A stretch of 39,499 bases of DNA from Pedosphaera sp. GTDB taxonomy: Bacteria > Verrucomicrobiota > Verrucomicrobiia > Limisphaerales > SIBH01. The stretch's first letter is position 1. Each line of letters opens with the position of its first letter. Under the pieces are notes generated by a model, which saw only the letters and a program-made list of their open reading frames with translations, ran no database searches and was not told the DNA's origin. The stretch covers positions 1 through 39,499 of the forward strand of contig JANOQV010000097.1 of the NCBI GenBank assembly GCA_031414955.1, written 5' to 3'. Shown here in pieces: positions 16,701 through 26,136 of this stretch. The position numbers and the translations under genes were made by a program.

Positions 16701-19700
16701 CGGGACGCGCAGACTGACGTGCGGCGCGCTCGGGTTGAGCAGCAGGTAATTCAGCCGCGCGCTGGCCGCGTTGCCATCGAAGGGCTTGGGCACCGCGTCA
16801 AAATCCACGATGCCGTGGTTGCTTGCCCAGGTGACGGCGACCGCGCCGAAGGCCGGCTGCGGGAAGGTGAACGAGTAATACGAGTTCGAAGGGCTGCTCA
16901 GGCCCAAGGCCGGCACACCGTTCACCAGCAGGTCGCCGGCGTTCACGTTGGTCACGTCCTCGCTGAAGGTGATGTTGATGCTGGTCAGCGCGAACAGTTC
17001 TCCCTGGGTCGGCTCACCCAGCGCCACGCGCGGCGGCGTGACCCCGAAGTCGGGAATGAACGAGTAGAGCTGCGCGTTGAAACCGAAATCGTTGTCATTG
17101 GTGAGATTGCTGTTGAGGGCATGAACGGAGAGCACGTTCAGGCCGTTCACCAGGTAGGAGGCGAAGTTGGTCAACGCATAGCTCAGGTAAGTCGCACCAC
17201 CACCCGCACCCTCCGCCGACGTGCCGGTGGAGACACCATTGAACGGCAGATCGCTGTTCGCCCCGGCGTTGAGGCGCGCCACCAGCGTCCCGTTGATGTA
17301 GGCGATGAAGCCGTCGTCGCTCTGCGCGTTGAGGACGAGGTTGGTCATGATGTTTTTGTTCGGCACCACGAACTCGCGCCGCAGATAGACGGTCGTGTAG
17401 TTCGAGCGCATGTCGGTCAGTTCCGTGCCGACGATGCCGGCCGGAAAGTTGGTGTAAGGATCGCCGTAGAAGAACGGCGCGGCCGAGTTGCTCCAGCTTG
17501 AGTCGTTGAAGCCCAACTGCCGCCAGGCGTTGGTCAGGGCGGACGCCTCGGCCAGGCCCCTCACGAAGCGCCAGGTCGCGTTCGACTGCACGAAAGTGGT
17601 GCGCGAATCGAGGGTGAAGCTCCAGGTGTTGCCCGCGCCCGTGCGGTTGAAAGCATTCGGAATGTCCGAGAAGTCTAAGATGCCGTGGTTCGTCACCCAG
17701 GTGATGTTGATCGTGCCCGAGGACGGCTGCGCGACCTGGAAGATGTAATTCGATCCTCCGCCCAGCAGTCCGAACGCCGCCACCCCGTTGAGCAGTAAAT
17801 CCTCCGCATTCACCCCGCTGACCGGTTCGCTGAAACTGACGACAACCTCGGAGAGGTTCGTCACCGTTGATCCGGCGGACGGTGTGCGAACGGCCACTTG
17901 CGGCGGCGTGCGGTCGAGCAACTCATAACTCCAGCGCGCCTCATCATCGAACTCATTGAAGGGCAGCACCGTCGGGAATCCGTAGTCCGTGATGCCGTGG
18001 CCGGTCGCGAAGGAAATGTCCAAATGGCCGTAAGGCGGCTGCGCGAAACGGAAAGTGTAGTTGGAGAGATTGCCCGAACTGATCACACTGGTCGCAGGAA
18101 TGCCGTTCACCAGCAGATCGGAGGCATCGACGTTCTGCACCCGCTCAGAAAACACCACCGTGATGTTCGTCAGGTTGGTCACGTTCGCATAAGCGATGGG
18201 CAACTGCGCGGCCACCGTCGGCGCGATCACATTGGTCGGCGGAATGGTGATGGTGACGTTGACGACCGGCGAAGTGCCGCGCACGCCGCTGGCATCGAAG
18301 GCCACCGCCTGCAAGGTGTGGCCGAGGAACGAGGAAGTCCAAAACACGGCGTAGGGCGGTGTCGGGTCGTCCGCGAAGGCCACGCCGTCGGCTAGGAATT
18401 GCACGTTGGTCACACCCGTGATGGCATTGGCCGTGGCCGTGATCAGCAGGTTGGTCGGTCCTTCCATGACCGCACCGTTGGCCGGAGCAGTAATGGCTGC
18501 GACCGGCGTGCCCGCCGCGTCATACATCACCACCGGAACCGGAGCCGAGACGGTTCGGCCGCCCTGATTGTCCGTGGCCACGGCGGTGAGCACATGCGCG
18601 GCGACGGGCGGATTGTTCCAAGTGAACTGATACGGATTCCCCGTGCCCGTTTCGCCGATCTTCACGCCGCTGGCAAAGAACTCCACGTTCGTCACCGTGC
18701 CATCGCTGTCGCTGGCCGTGGCCGAGAGCGGAATGCTGGCCGGCACGAAGAAGAACTGGTTCGTGGCCGGACTGGTCAGCGTCACCTCCGGCGAAACATT
18801 CTTGATGATGATGGGCGTGCCCGTCAGTTCCATCACCATCCAGATGTCGGAGCTGTTCAGGGAGTCCTGGTGCATCTCCACCGCCACCACGTTATTCCCC
18901 TCGAGGAGCAGGCCCGGACTGACGACGAAGCTCAAAGTCGAGCCGCCGTCGTCCGCGGCGTTGCTCGCGGCGAAGGTCGTGTTGCTGATCGTGCCGGCCG
19001 GCATGTTGACCCGGGTGAACTCGACGCCGTTCAAATAGACCACCGCGCCGTCGTCGCGCTGGAGGTTCAGGACGAAACTGGAATAGGCCGCCAGGTTCGA
19101 GGCCGTGAACGACTGCCGGTAATACGTGGTGATGTATTTGTTGTTCGCATCCGGGCCAAAGGAATTGGTGGTGAGCGGCAGACGCCCGTTGGAATCGGCG
19201 TACCCCAGCGGGGCCGGACCGGCCAGCCAGATGGAATCATCGAAACCGGGAGCGAACCACGCCGTGCCCTGGTCCGAGCCGTTGTCGAGATACTTCCAGA
19301 CCGAATTCGAGGCGACAAAATTGGCGTTCACACCAAAGTTCACCGCCGTGGCGAACCAGGTGTTGCCGGAATCATCCAGCGCCGTGGCCGCCACGCGGTG
19401 CGAGCCACCGACCGGATTGCTCCAAACCGTCGAGAAGGGCGCGGTGCCGTCGCGGCCGAGGAACGCGCCGTCGAGGAAGAAGTCCACGTTGGTGATGCTG
19501 CCGGCGGGCAGGGCCGTGTAGGCCGAGATCGTCAGTGGCGCGGTGCTGTTGACGATCGAGTCCTCAATGGGCGTGGTGATGGTCACGCCGACATTGGCCA
19601 CCAGTACGCGCACCACCGCCGAGGTGCCGACCTGGCCGAGGGTGTCGCGAATGACGGCGTAGAGCGAGTTCGAGCCGACCGGCGCATTACTGACCACGAA

Positions 19701-22700
19701 GCTGTAGGGCGCGGACTCCAGCGTGCCCACCAGCGTGTTGCCGCGGTAGAGGCTCAGGTTGGTGATCGCGCCGGCGACGGGCACAGCGATCACATCCACC
19801 GGGAAGCTGGTGCCGACGAGGAAGGCCGTGCCGGCGGGTGGATTGGTGATGGCGACAAACGGCGGCATCGTGAGGTTCAACAACATCGCGCCCTGCGCCG
19901 GCACCGCCCCGCCCCCGAAGGCACTGTTGCCGCCGAGCTGGATTTGATACTCGGTCCCGGCCACCGCGTTGAAAGACACGAGGCTGGCCGTGGTGCCGCC
20001 GCTGGCGTCGCCGTTGCGCTGCACGACGGCCAGCGCGTTGACCGCCGTGCCGGTGTAAACACCCAGCACGGTGTTGATGGCGCTGCCGAAGGTGTCAATC
20101 GTGACCGTGCCGCTGAAGGGCGCGGTCCAACGGTACCACAGCGTCGCCCCCCAGATGATGGTGGGCTGGCCGCCGCCGAACTGGAAAGTCGGTTCCCCGC
20201 CTTCGGTGTTCGCCCCGGTGTTGTTGGCCGTGACGCTCGACGGTGTGGCCAGGGTGAAGCGGTTGATAAAATTGTTATTCGCCAGCGGATCGGCCACGAA
20301 GGTGATGGTGTTTGTAATCGAGACACCCACTCGCCCCAGGTTGTCCGCCGCCACGGCATGAACCGTATGCGCTCCCGCGGTCGGGCCGACAATCAAACCC
20401 GTGAAGGGCGCCGTGGCGTCCGAGCCGAGCAACGCGCCATCGTAGTAGAAATCCACGTTGGTAATGTTGAGCGGCGTGCCGACGGCGGCGGTGGCACCAA
20501 CCCCGAAGCTGGCCCCGGCGATGCCGCCCTGCCCGTTGGTCGGACTGGTCAGGGTCACCACGATGGGATTGGGCAGCACGGTGAAGACATTGGTCGTCGA
20601 GTTGGTGGATTGCACGGGCAGCGAACTGTCCGAAGCCGCGACGTAGGCCGAGTAAACGCCCTCGGCCAGCGCGCCCAGATTGGTCGTGAACGGCGGCGTG
20701 GCCGGCGTGCCCAAGGCCACGTCGTTGAGGAAGATCGCCGCCGTGTAAGGCGCAGTGCCGCCCGCCACCACGCCGGTCAGAGTGACGGACTGGCCGAAAA
20801 CGTAGGTTGCGCCATTGGTCGGCGTGAGAGTCGCGCCCAGACCGCCCGTGATGTGAACCGTGCTCACCGTCGTGTTGCTCACCCAGCCGCTCGCATCCGA
20901 CACCACCGCGCCGATGAGACGGTCGCCCACGAAGAGCGGGCCAAAGTTGTACTCATAAGGAGCCGCCACCACCGGCGATCCCGCCGGCAGACCATCCAGG
21001 AAGAACTGCACCGAGTAGGGCGCGCGTCCGCCAGCGACCGTGACTGCGCCGTTGACCGGGATGGTGTTGGGGAACGTGGCGTTATCCGCCGGTGCCTCCA
21101 ACGTGGCGGCAATCGGGTCGGCCACGATGAAGGTGTTCGTCGCCGAGTTGGTGCTGAACGCGCTGCCATCCGTAACCACGGCATAGAGGTTGTAAGTGTC
21201 CGCCGCGAACAGGCCGAGCGAGAGATTGAAGGGCGAAGCGCCATTCGTTCCCGCCGAGGCGAAGACCGTGTTCCCCGCGCCGCTATTGGTGAAGTACTCG
21301 ACCGTGTAAGGCGCGGAGCCGTTGATGACCGAGGCTGCGGCGGTGATAGGCAAGGTGGAGACAAACACAGAATTGCTGCCCGGCGAGGTCACAGCCACGC
21401 CCAGGCGCAGGGGTTCACCCGCCGTCACGGTGAGCGAGAAATTGTCGAACTGATCCGCCGTGTCCGTGCCCGCGCCGGAGCCGTTGTCGTCCATCCACAT
21501 GACGAAGAGCGTGCCGCCATTGGTCCAGTTGACGGAGAGGTTGGTGGACAGGTTGAAGTTCGTGGCGGCGAACTCCGTAGTGTTGAAGGCGGGGATGTTA
21601 ATCCAACTGCCCGTCGTGCCGGAGAGACTGTAGTAGCCACGCAACCCAAGGCTGGCGTCCTCGGCCGGTCCCGGCGTGCTCAAGGTAAGCAGATAGGAAA
21701 CGTTGACCTCGGTGGCATTGGTGCCGGTCCGATTCTCGAACTTGCCCATCAGCACCGAATAGCGATTGCCCGTCGGGCGGGTTTGCAAATAAAGACCAGC
21801 CGAGGCCCAGACGGCGAACGAATTGGCGGCGGGGGGCGTGCCGGCAGTGGCAGCCGGGCGGTTGGTGGTGCTTACGCTCCGCACGTTGTTGTTCACGTCC
21901 GTGTCCGCTGTGTAGGTGTCGTTGGCGTTGCCGGCCACGCTGGCGGTGGCGAACTCATAGCCCGCCGGCTGGATGCTGAAGTCATTCGTGTAGCCGGCCG
22001 GCCCCACCGCGACCGTAGATGGGAGCGGTAAGATCGTGATCTCGTTCGTGGGTGAACCAATGAATCGACCGAGGCTGTCCACGGCAAATGAGTAAACCTT
22101 CCGGGTGCCGACCGGAAAGTTGCTATAGACGATGCTGAACGGTGCGTTGCTGTCCGTAGTAACCAGCAACCCATCGTAGAGAAAAGAGACACGGGCAATG
22201 GTCAGCGGCGGCAGCACCGAGGGATCCGCAGTGATGGTCACAGCCTGACCGACAAAAAAGCTCTGTCCGTTGGTTGGCGCGGCGACCGTCACGCTGAGCG
22301 GATTGGGTAGGATGGTGATGGTGTTGAGGGTGGAGTTTGTCGAGGCCGACGCACCATCTGTGGCCGACGCCTGCACCTCATAGGTTCCCGGTGCCAGCAA
22401 GCCCAGGTTGGTGGTGAGCGGACTGGACCCGGAAGCGACGGCCACACCACCGGTGGCGATGGACAGCGCGTAAGGTGGCGTGCCGCCAATGGCCGACGCA
22501 TTCAACACCAGCGGCGCACCGAAGTTCAGCGTCGTGCCGTTGGCCGGCGTGAGCGACAGCGTGAGCGGGCCGGTGACTTCAATCGTATGCACCGCCGAGT
22601 TGCTCACCCACCCGCGCGCGTCTGTGACCTTGGCGCTGACGGTGTGCGTGCCGATGCCAAGCGGCCCAAAGTCCCGCTCGTAAGGCGGCGTGATCACCGG

Positions 22701-23813
22701 CACGCCGTTGCTCACGCCATCGAGGAAGAATTGCACCGCGTGCGGCGCCGTGCCGCCGGTGAGCGTGGTCACGCCCAGCACGCTGGTCTGATAATCGAGG
22801 CTCGCGCCGTGGGCCGGCGCGGTGAGCGTGAAGTTAATCAGGTCGGCGACCGTGAAGGCATTCGTGAGCGTGCCGGCCGTGATGCCCGTGTCGTTCTCAT
22901 CCGTGACCGTGGCGTAGAGGTTGTAGGTGCCGGCGGCCAAAGTGCCAAGGTTCAGGGCGTGAGGGGGCGTGCTGACCGCGCCGGCCAACTCGAAAGTGGT
23001 GTTGCCCACGCCGCCGTTCGTGAAGTAGCGCACCACATAAGGCGCGGTGCCGTTGGTGATGAAGACCGAGGCCGTGACCGGATTGCCGCCCAGGAGCAGC
23101 GCGTTATGGGCCGGGGCGCTCAGGGCCATGCTGACCGTCGGGGCCAGGCCGGCGGTGATGGCGATGGAGAAGTTATCCAATTCCACCGCCACGTCCGCGC
23201 CCGCCGAGGTGTTGTCATCGACGAAGAGCACATACAGATTGCTGCCGCTCAACCAGGTCACCGCCAGGTTGGTGCTGAACTGGCTCACCCCGTTGCTCGC
23301 CACCGTGTTGAGCGTAGGGAGATTGACCCAGGTGTTCGATTGCCCGGTGTAACTGTAATAGACATGCGTGCCGCGCCCCGGCTCCTCGGCGATGGTGGTG
23401 CTGGCGAAGGTGAGTTGATACGAGATGACCAACTCGGCCACGTTGCTCCCGCTGGCGTTGAGGAACTTGCCCATCAAGGCCGTGTAGCGGTTGCCCGTGG
23501 GCCGCGTCTGGACATAAAGCCCGGTCGAACTCCAGATCGCCCGCAAACTCGCCGCCGCCGGATCGCTGGCGCTCGAAGTAATGGCCGTGGCCACGACCGT
23601 GGCCGCAATGTTGGTCTGCACGTCCACATCCGCGTCGTAAACATCCGCCACGCCGCCTGAACGACTCGAGGTCGCCCAGTCCCCGACCGCCGGCAGCGCA
23701 TCAAAGGAGTTGGTGTAGCCGGTCGGACCGACGTTGGCCGCCGGGGAATGGAGCGCGACGACGAGCAGGCCGGCCACGCACAAGAGCAATGCTTTCGAGC
23801 AAACGAATTTCAT
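13710..23813 (-). CDS. Giant (~3370 aa) secreted protein: duplicated N-terminal module, many Ig-like repeats, two beta-sandwich (galactose-binding-like) domains, purple-acid-phosphatase-type metallophosphoesterase, FN3, cadherin-like domain, C-terminal FYR domain
   Basis: Signal peptide MKFVCSKALLLCVAGLLVVALHSPA; repeated 'V.LT.P.NG...V.F..DG...D...PY...A.D..G' Ig units; WKYLDNGSDQG and WRFVRG sandwich domains; GDPG/GDNAY/GNHD/YFHH/GHSH motifs at about 14890-16135. Confidence 0.9.
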   Translation of the reverse strand: MKFVCSKALLLCVAGLLVVALHSPAANVGPTGYTNSFDALPAVGDWATSSRSGGVADVYDADVDVQTNIAATVVATAITSSASDPAAASLRAIWSSTGLYVQTRPTGNRYTALMGKFLNASGSNVAELVISYQLTFASTTIAEEPGRGTHVYYSYTGQSNTWVNLPTLNTVASNGVSQFSTNLAVTWLSGSNLYVLFVDDNTSAGADVAVELDNFSIAITAGLAPTVSMALSAPAHNALLLGGNPVTASVFITNGTAPYVVRYFTNGGVGNTTFELAGAVSTPPHALNLGTLAAGTYNLYATVTDENDTGITAGTLTNAFTVADLINFTLTAPAHGASLDYQTSVLGVTTLTGGTAPHAVQFFLDGVSNGVPVITPPYERDFGPLGIGTHTVSAKVTDARGWVSNSAVHTIEVTGPLTLSLTPANGTTLNFGAPLVLNASAIGGTPPYALSIATGGVAVASGSSPLTTNLGLLAPGTYEVQASATDGASASTNSTLNTITILPNPLSVTVAAPTNGQSFFVGQAVTITADPSVLPPLTIARVSFLYDGLLVTTDSNAPFSIVYSNFPVGTRKVYSFAVDSLGRFIGSPTNEITILPLPSTVAVGPAGYTNDFSIQPAGYEFATASVAGNANDTYTADTDVNNNVRSVSTTNRPAATAGTPPAANSFAVWASAGLYLQTRPTGNRYSVLMGKFENRTGTNATEVNVSYLLTLSTPGPAEDASLGLRGYYSLSGTTGSWINIPAFNTTEFAATNFNLSTNLSVNWTNGGTLFVMWMDDNGSGAGTDTADQFDNFSLTVTAGEPLRLGVAVTSPGSNSVFVSTLPITAAASVINGSAPYTVEYFTNSGAGNTVFASAGTNGASPFNLSLGLFAADTYNLYAVVTDGSAFSTNSATNTFIVADPIAATLEAPADNATFPNTIPVNGAVTVAGGRAPYSVQFFLDGLPAGSPVVAAPYEYNFGPLFVGDRLIGAVVSDASGWVSNTTVSTVHITGGLGATLTPTNGATYVFGQSVTLTGVVAGGTAPYTAAIFLNDVALGTPATPPFTTNLGALAEGVYSAYVAASDSSLPVQSTNSTTNVFTVLPNPIVVTLTSPTNGQGGIAGASFGVGATAAVGTPLNITNVDFYYDGALLGSDATAPFTGLIVGPTAGAHTVHAVAADNLGRVGVSITNTITFVADPLANNNFINRFTLATPSSVTANNTGANTEGGEPTFQFGGGQPTIIWGATLWYRWTAPFSGTVTIDTFGSAINTVLGVYTGTAVNALAVVQRNGDASGGTTASLVSFNAVAGTEYQIQLGGNSAFGGGAVPAQGAMLLNLTMPPFVAITNPPAGTAFLVGTSFPVDVIAVPVAGAITNLSLYRGNTLVGTLESAPYSFVVSNAPVGSNSLYAVIRDTLGQVGTSAVVRVLVANVGVTITTPIEDSIVNSTAPLTISAYTALPAGSITNVDFFLDGAFLGRDGTAPFSTVWSNPVGGSHRVAATALDDSGNTWFATAVNFGVNANFVASNSVWKYLDNGSDQGTAWFAPGFDDSIWLAGPAPLGYADSNGRLPLTTNSFGPDANNKYITTYYRQSFTASNLAAYSSFVLNLQRDDGAVVYLNGVEFTRVNMPAGTISNTTFAASNAADDGGSTLSFVVSPGLLLEGNNVVAVEMHQDSLNSSDIWMVMELTGTPIIIKNVSPEVTLTSPATNQFFFVPASIPLSATASDSDGTVTNVEFFASGVKIGETGTGNPYQFTWNNPPVAAHVLTAVATDNQGGRTVSAPVPVVMYDAAGTPVAAITAPANGAVMEGPTNLLITATANAITGVTNVQFLADGVAFADDPTPPYAVFWTSSFLGHTLQAVAFDASGVRGTSPVVNVTITIPPTNVIAPTVAAQLPIAYANVTNLTNITVVFSERVQNVDASDLLVNGIPATSVISSGNLSNYTFRFAQPPYGHLDISFATGHGITDYGFPTVLPFNEFDDEARWSYELLDRTPPQVAVRTPSAGSTVTNLSEVVVSFSEPVSGVNAEDLLLNGVAAFGLLGGGSNYIFQVAQPSSGTINITWVTNHGILDFSDIPNAFNRTGAGNTWSFTLDSRTTFVQSNATWRFVRGLAEASALTNAWRQLGFNDSSWSNSAAPFFYGDPYTNFPAGIVGTELTDMRSNYTTVYLRREFVVPNKNIMTNLVLNAQSDDGFIAYINGTLVARLNAGANSDLPFNGVSTGTSAEGAGGGATYLSYALTNFASYLVNGLNVLSVHALNSNLTNDNDFGFNAQLYSFIPDFGVTPPRVALGEPTQGELFALTSINITFSEDVTNVNAGDLLVNGVPALGLSSPSNSYYSFTFPQPAFGAVAVTWASNHGIVDFDAVPKPFDGNAASARLNYLLLNPSAPHVSLRVPAASLTLTGLVTISVYFNEGVSGVNASDLLLNGLPATSLIADSETDYFFFFPQPAFGTVNVRFATSSGIVDLEAGHAFDWTRPTNQWSYNLINPVPVVNITTPTNGTYVLAPATVTINATATDADGTITLVEFYSNGTKVGEDAASPYSLGLSNLVESGYVLRAVGTDNQGLRGTSAPVVLNVVTQLPIVLLRGPYLQAGTSTGGVVRWRTDQFSDAVVRYGTDLNNLTNVAVETALTNNHIVRITGLQPETKYFYAFGGSVQQLAGGTNVGGSNFWFRTAPVSGSAYPTRFWVLGDPGTANANQRAVRDSYYNFVANGARPADVWMMLGDNAYNNGTDTEYQNAVFDMYPATLRNHFLYPVVGNHDAGRPGDGGGLAANVSLTYPYLDIFSTPQNGEGGGLPTGNPKYYSFDYGNVHFVGVDSMTSGRETNSPMVLWLKDDLASHTQTWTVVYFHHSLYTKGTHDSDSEGDLVILRQLLNPILEANGVDLVLMGHSHVYERSYLLDGHYGLSGTITASMKLDPGNGREDGTGPYTKNGENRGVVYSIVGNSGQALGGPLNHPAHVVSINLLGSLIVDVISNRLDAYFLTSTGTTNDHYTLLKRTPPALAAPSDLVAADHGDNEILLTWNDLPDELGYYIERSLNGTNFARLATNAANVTNYLDTGLAPNTTYHYRVLAFNAGGTSDSSLAASSFTGNKAPQLAPVANVVVDVLQSVGFTALATDADVPVNKLTYSLDAGAPATASVNPSNGLFRWKPARTDAGTTNTITLRVTDDAAVPLSATRVFTVTVREYLELTLGSTVMDVGTRTNVALELITSTLLTNVDLTVSFSASRLNTLSLSNLIPAVADASLDTSSPGQARITLAALPGQTLSGTQLVARLHFNATPGQGSAFVALPMNSVSGARSQPGLAPGVVLNSGRAVVVNGQALLEAASASPALLTVYGKPGTNYVIETTATPATPASWTTWQLLALTNITETVPAIPITNSPLIFYRARQ

Positions 23814-24054
23814 AAGGCTGAGTCTGTCTGAGTTTGGCACCCCCTGGCCCGCCCGCTCCCGTTCCTCGGAGCCTTCACGTCCACAGGGTATCCATGCTTT
23901 CTATGCGTCAACACCCGCCCAAGTCCGCCAGAAAATGTTTGGGAATCGTTGGTTGCACCGGGCGGAAGACGGCGGGAGGGCGGCGGAAGTTTCGGGGATT
24001 TCCGGCCAGAAGCCCGTCCCAGCGCAGCTCCCAGGCCTGGGGGCCCGAACCATC

Positions 24055-24075
24055 GGAGGGCGGGTTTCAACCCAC
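24055..24075. repeat. Solo REP-like half site
   Basis: GGAGGGCGGGTTTCAACCCAC resembles the left arm at 27174 (GGAGCGCGGGTTTCAGCCCGC). Confidence 0.45.
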
Positions 24076-24158
24076 AGCCGGCCGAACGGAAAGCTGGATT
24101 CGTTCTACCGTTACTACTCGGGCTTCGCGGATGCGGCGCGGGCACCATGAGTTGAAGA

Positions 24159-24200
24159 AGTAATCAGTGGTCAGTGAGCCGGTTCTGAGTACGGATCACT
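24159..24200. repeat. Degenerate inverted 7-mer array just 3' of dprA
   Basis: AGTAATC AGTGGTC AGTGAGC ... CTGAGTA CGGATCA CT; the arms are imperfectly complementary. Confidence 0.5.
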
Positions 24201-24204
24201 TCCC

Positions 24205-25311
24205 TCAAGTGTTCCTCAAAAACAACTTCCCCGGCACCTGCCGCACCACGCGCTTCATCTCCAGACTCAAGAGCGCGACGGAAACAGTGGACGCGGGCAG
24301 GCCGCAGGCGCGAATCACGTCATCCATCGGCGTCGGCTCCTTGTCCAGCGCGTCGTAAACCCTCTGCTCGTTTTCCGAGAGCGTGAGCGCGGGCAGCACG
24401 CCGGTCTCGCTCACCGAGGGCAGTTTGTTGCTCACGGGAAAAAGATATTCGAACTCGCTCAGAATGTCCTCCGCGCCTTCACAGAGCTTCGCGCCCTTCT
24501 TGATCAGGTCGTGGCAGCCCTTGCTGCGCGGCGAATCGATGCGGCCCGGCACGGCGAAGACCTGGCGCCCGTACTCGGTGGCGAAATTCGAGGTGATGAG
24601 CGCGCCGCTGGTCAGATTCGCCTCCACGACGACCGTGCCGAGGGTCATCCCAGCCACGATGCGGTTGCGGATGGCAAAGGATTGCCGGTCCGCCTGGCGA
24701 TTGAACGGGTACTGCGACACCACCGCGCCGCTCTCCGCGATGCGCGCGAACAACTCCGCGTTCTCCGGCGGGAACACGATGTTAATGCCCGTGCCGAGCA
24801 CGCAAATCGTCCGGCCCTTCGCGCTCAACGCCCCTTGATGCGCGGCCGTGTCGATGCCCCGCGCGCCGCCGCTCACCACCGTCACGCCCACATAGGCGAG
24901 CTGGTAGCCAAACTTGCGCGCGACCTCGAGGCCGTAGTGCGTGGTCTGCCGCGAGCCGACGATGGCCACGCCATTCTTATCTGCCGGCGCGAGCGTGCCC
25001 TTCACGTAGAGCGCGATGGGCGGGTCATAAATTTGCCGCAACATCTCGGGATACTCCGCGTCGTCCTGCGTCACGATGTGGCAGCCGAAGTCCGCGCAGC
25101 GTTTCAATTCCGCCGCCAGGTCCACGTTTTTCTCCCAGCTTGAAATGGCCTCCGCCGTGTCCTCGCCAATGCCACGCACGAACATCAGTTGCTGCTTCGA
25201 GGCGCGGAGGATGGAAGGCGCGTCCCCAAAATGCTGGAGCAACTGCCGCACACGCACCGGCCCGACGTGGTCGATCATGTTGAGGGCGACGTAGGCCTCG
25301 CGGGATTCCAT
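24205..25311 (-). CDS. dprA: DNA-processing protein DprA
   Basis: YDPPIALYVKG, AIVGSR, VVSGGARGIDTAAH, RNRIVAG, SGALIT, GRQVFAVPG, C-terminal wHTH LLSLEMK. Confidence 0.96.
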   Translation of the reverse strand: MESREAYVALNMIDHVGPVRVRQLLQHFGDAPSILRASKQQLMFVRGIGEDTAEAISSWEKNVDLAAELKRCADFGCHIVTQDDAEYPEMLRQIYDPPIALYVKGTLAPADKNGVAIVGSRQTTHYGLEVARKFGYQLAYVGVTVVSGGARGIDTAAHQGALSAKGRTICVLGTGINIVFPPENAELFARIAESGAVVSQYPFNRQADRQSFAIRNRIVAGMTLGTVVVEANLTSGALITSNFATEYGRQVFAVPGRIDSPRSKGCHDLIKKGAKLCEGAEDILSEFEYLFPVSNKLPSVSETGVLPALTLSENEQRVYDALDKEPTPMDDVIRACGLPASTVSVALLSLEMKRVVRQVPGKLFLRNT

Positions 25312-25402
25312 GCGCGGGAATTAGCGGATTATCGGGCGCGACGCAACGACGCACTCATGGTGCGGCCGGGCCGCGCTGGCCCAGCGCGCCGGGGTCCCGG
25401 AC

Positions 25403-26136
25403 ATGCATTCGATTGTGACCATTCTTAATGGTGAGGGACGACCTCTGGTCGGGCAGCCAAGAACCGCATCTGATGCCACCCGCGCAGAGCGATGGGCGCA
25501 AGCAACTACGAGAATCTTCAATCTTCAAGTGCAGCCCGACTGGCAACGGAAATACGATCTGCGAGTGGACACGTTGTTCGACTTGGTGAATCCCGGAAGC
25601 TACACGGTTAGCGTCGCCCGCCAGGTATGGGAATCTCCAGCGGCGGGGAATCCGGTGACCGTGAGAACCAGTGAAATGGCCGAGAAGAACGGTCTGCCCG
25701 TGCTTCGTTCCGGCACGGCTCTGATTCGCATCTCGAAGGAGGTTTCTCCCACCAACTCCGAGGCATCGGTGGCTCCTCGTGGAGGGCCAAACCTACCGGG
25801 AACTGGAGAGGCGATTGCAAAAGTCGGAGCGCCGCAATCCTTGCAGCGCGGAAACGGCCCGGAACTCATCGAGCCGCGAGGATTGCGGCGCTCCGCCAAA
25901 CAGGGTTTTGCAATCGCCTCTCGGAACTTCACAAAATGGGGACGGTGCAACTCCTCATCTGGCGGCAAATCCCAATTCTAAGCCTGCCCCCGGATCGTCC
26001 TTTTCTCCAAACCCCAGACCATCAGCTACGGCATCCACTTCAGATAGTACCGTTCAAACCTCCGCGTCCGTGGTTCCGCTGATTCCTGCGGCCGGTCCCA
26101 ACCATTATTCCATCAGGCAAAAACTTGGCACCGGGA
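25403..26136 (+). pseudogene. Remnant of an exported hypothetical protein, frameshifted by a MITE
   Basis: Protein-like stretch (LFDLVNPGSYTVSVAR). Deleting 25805-25928 joins ...PNLPGT to SQNGDGATPHL...KLGTGII in one frame. No clear N-terminus; the 3' end runs into the convergent LamG gene. Confidence 0.5.
25805..25922. mobile_element. MITE-like element, 118 bp
   Basis: Perfect 17-bp terminal inverted repeats GAGAGGCGATTGCAAAA (25806-25822 / 25906-25922), an inner perfect 17-bp inverted repeat (25825-25841 / 25879-25895), and a flanking direct repeat GGAACT (25799-25804 / 25923-25928). Confidence 0.8.

Noticed and set aside
18399..22031. 1210-aa + strand ORF and other long antisense ORFs (738-1973, 4546-5934, 15606-17501, 34041-35438, 36346-37692)
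   Set aside because: Shadow frames of GC-rich genes on the opposite strand; Arg/Gly-rich with no motifs.
23840..24160. Riboswitch or ncRNA upstream of the giant gene
   Set aside because: No recognisable conserved motif. A TTGACG...TACCCT pair on the - strand has only a 15-bp spacer, so it is not called as a promoter.
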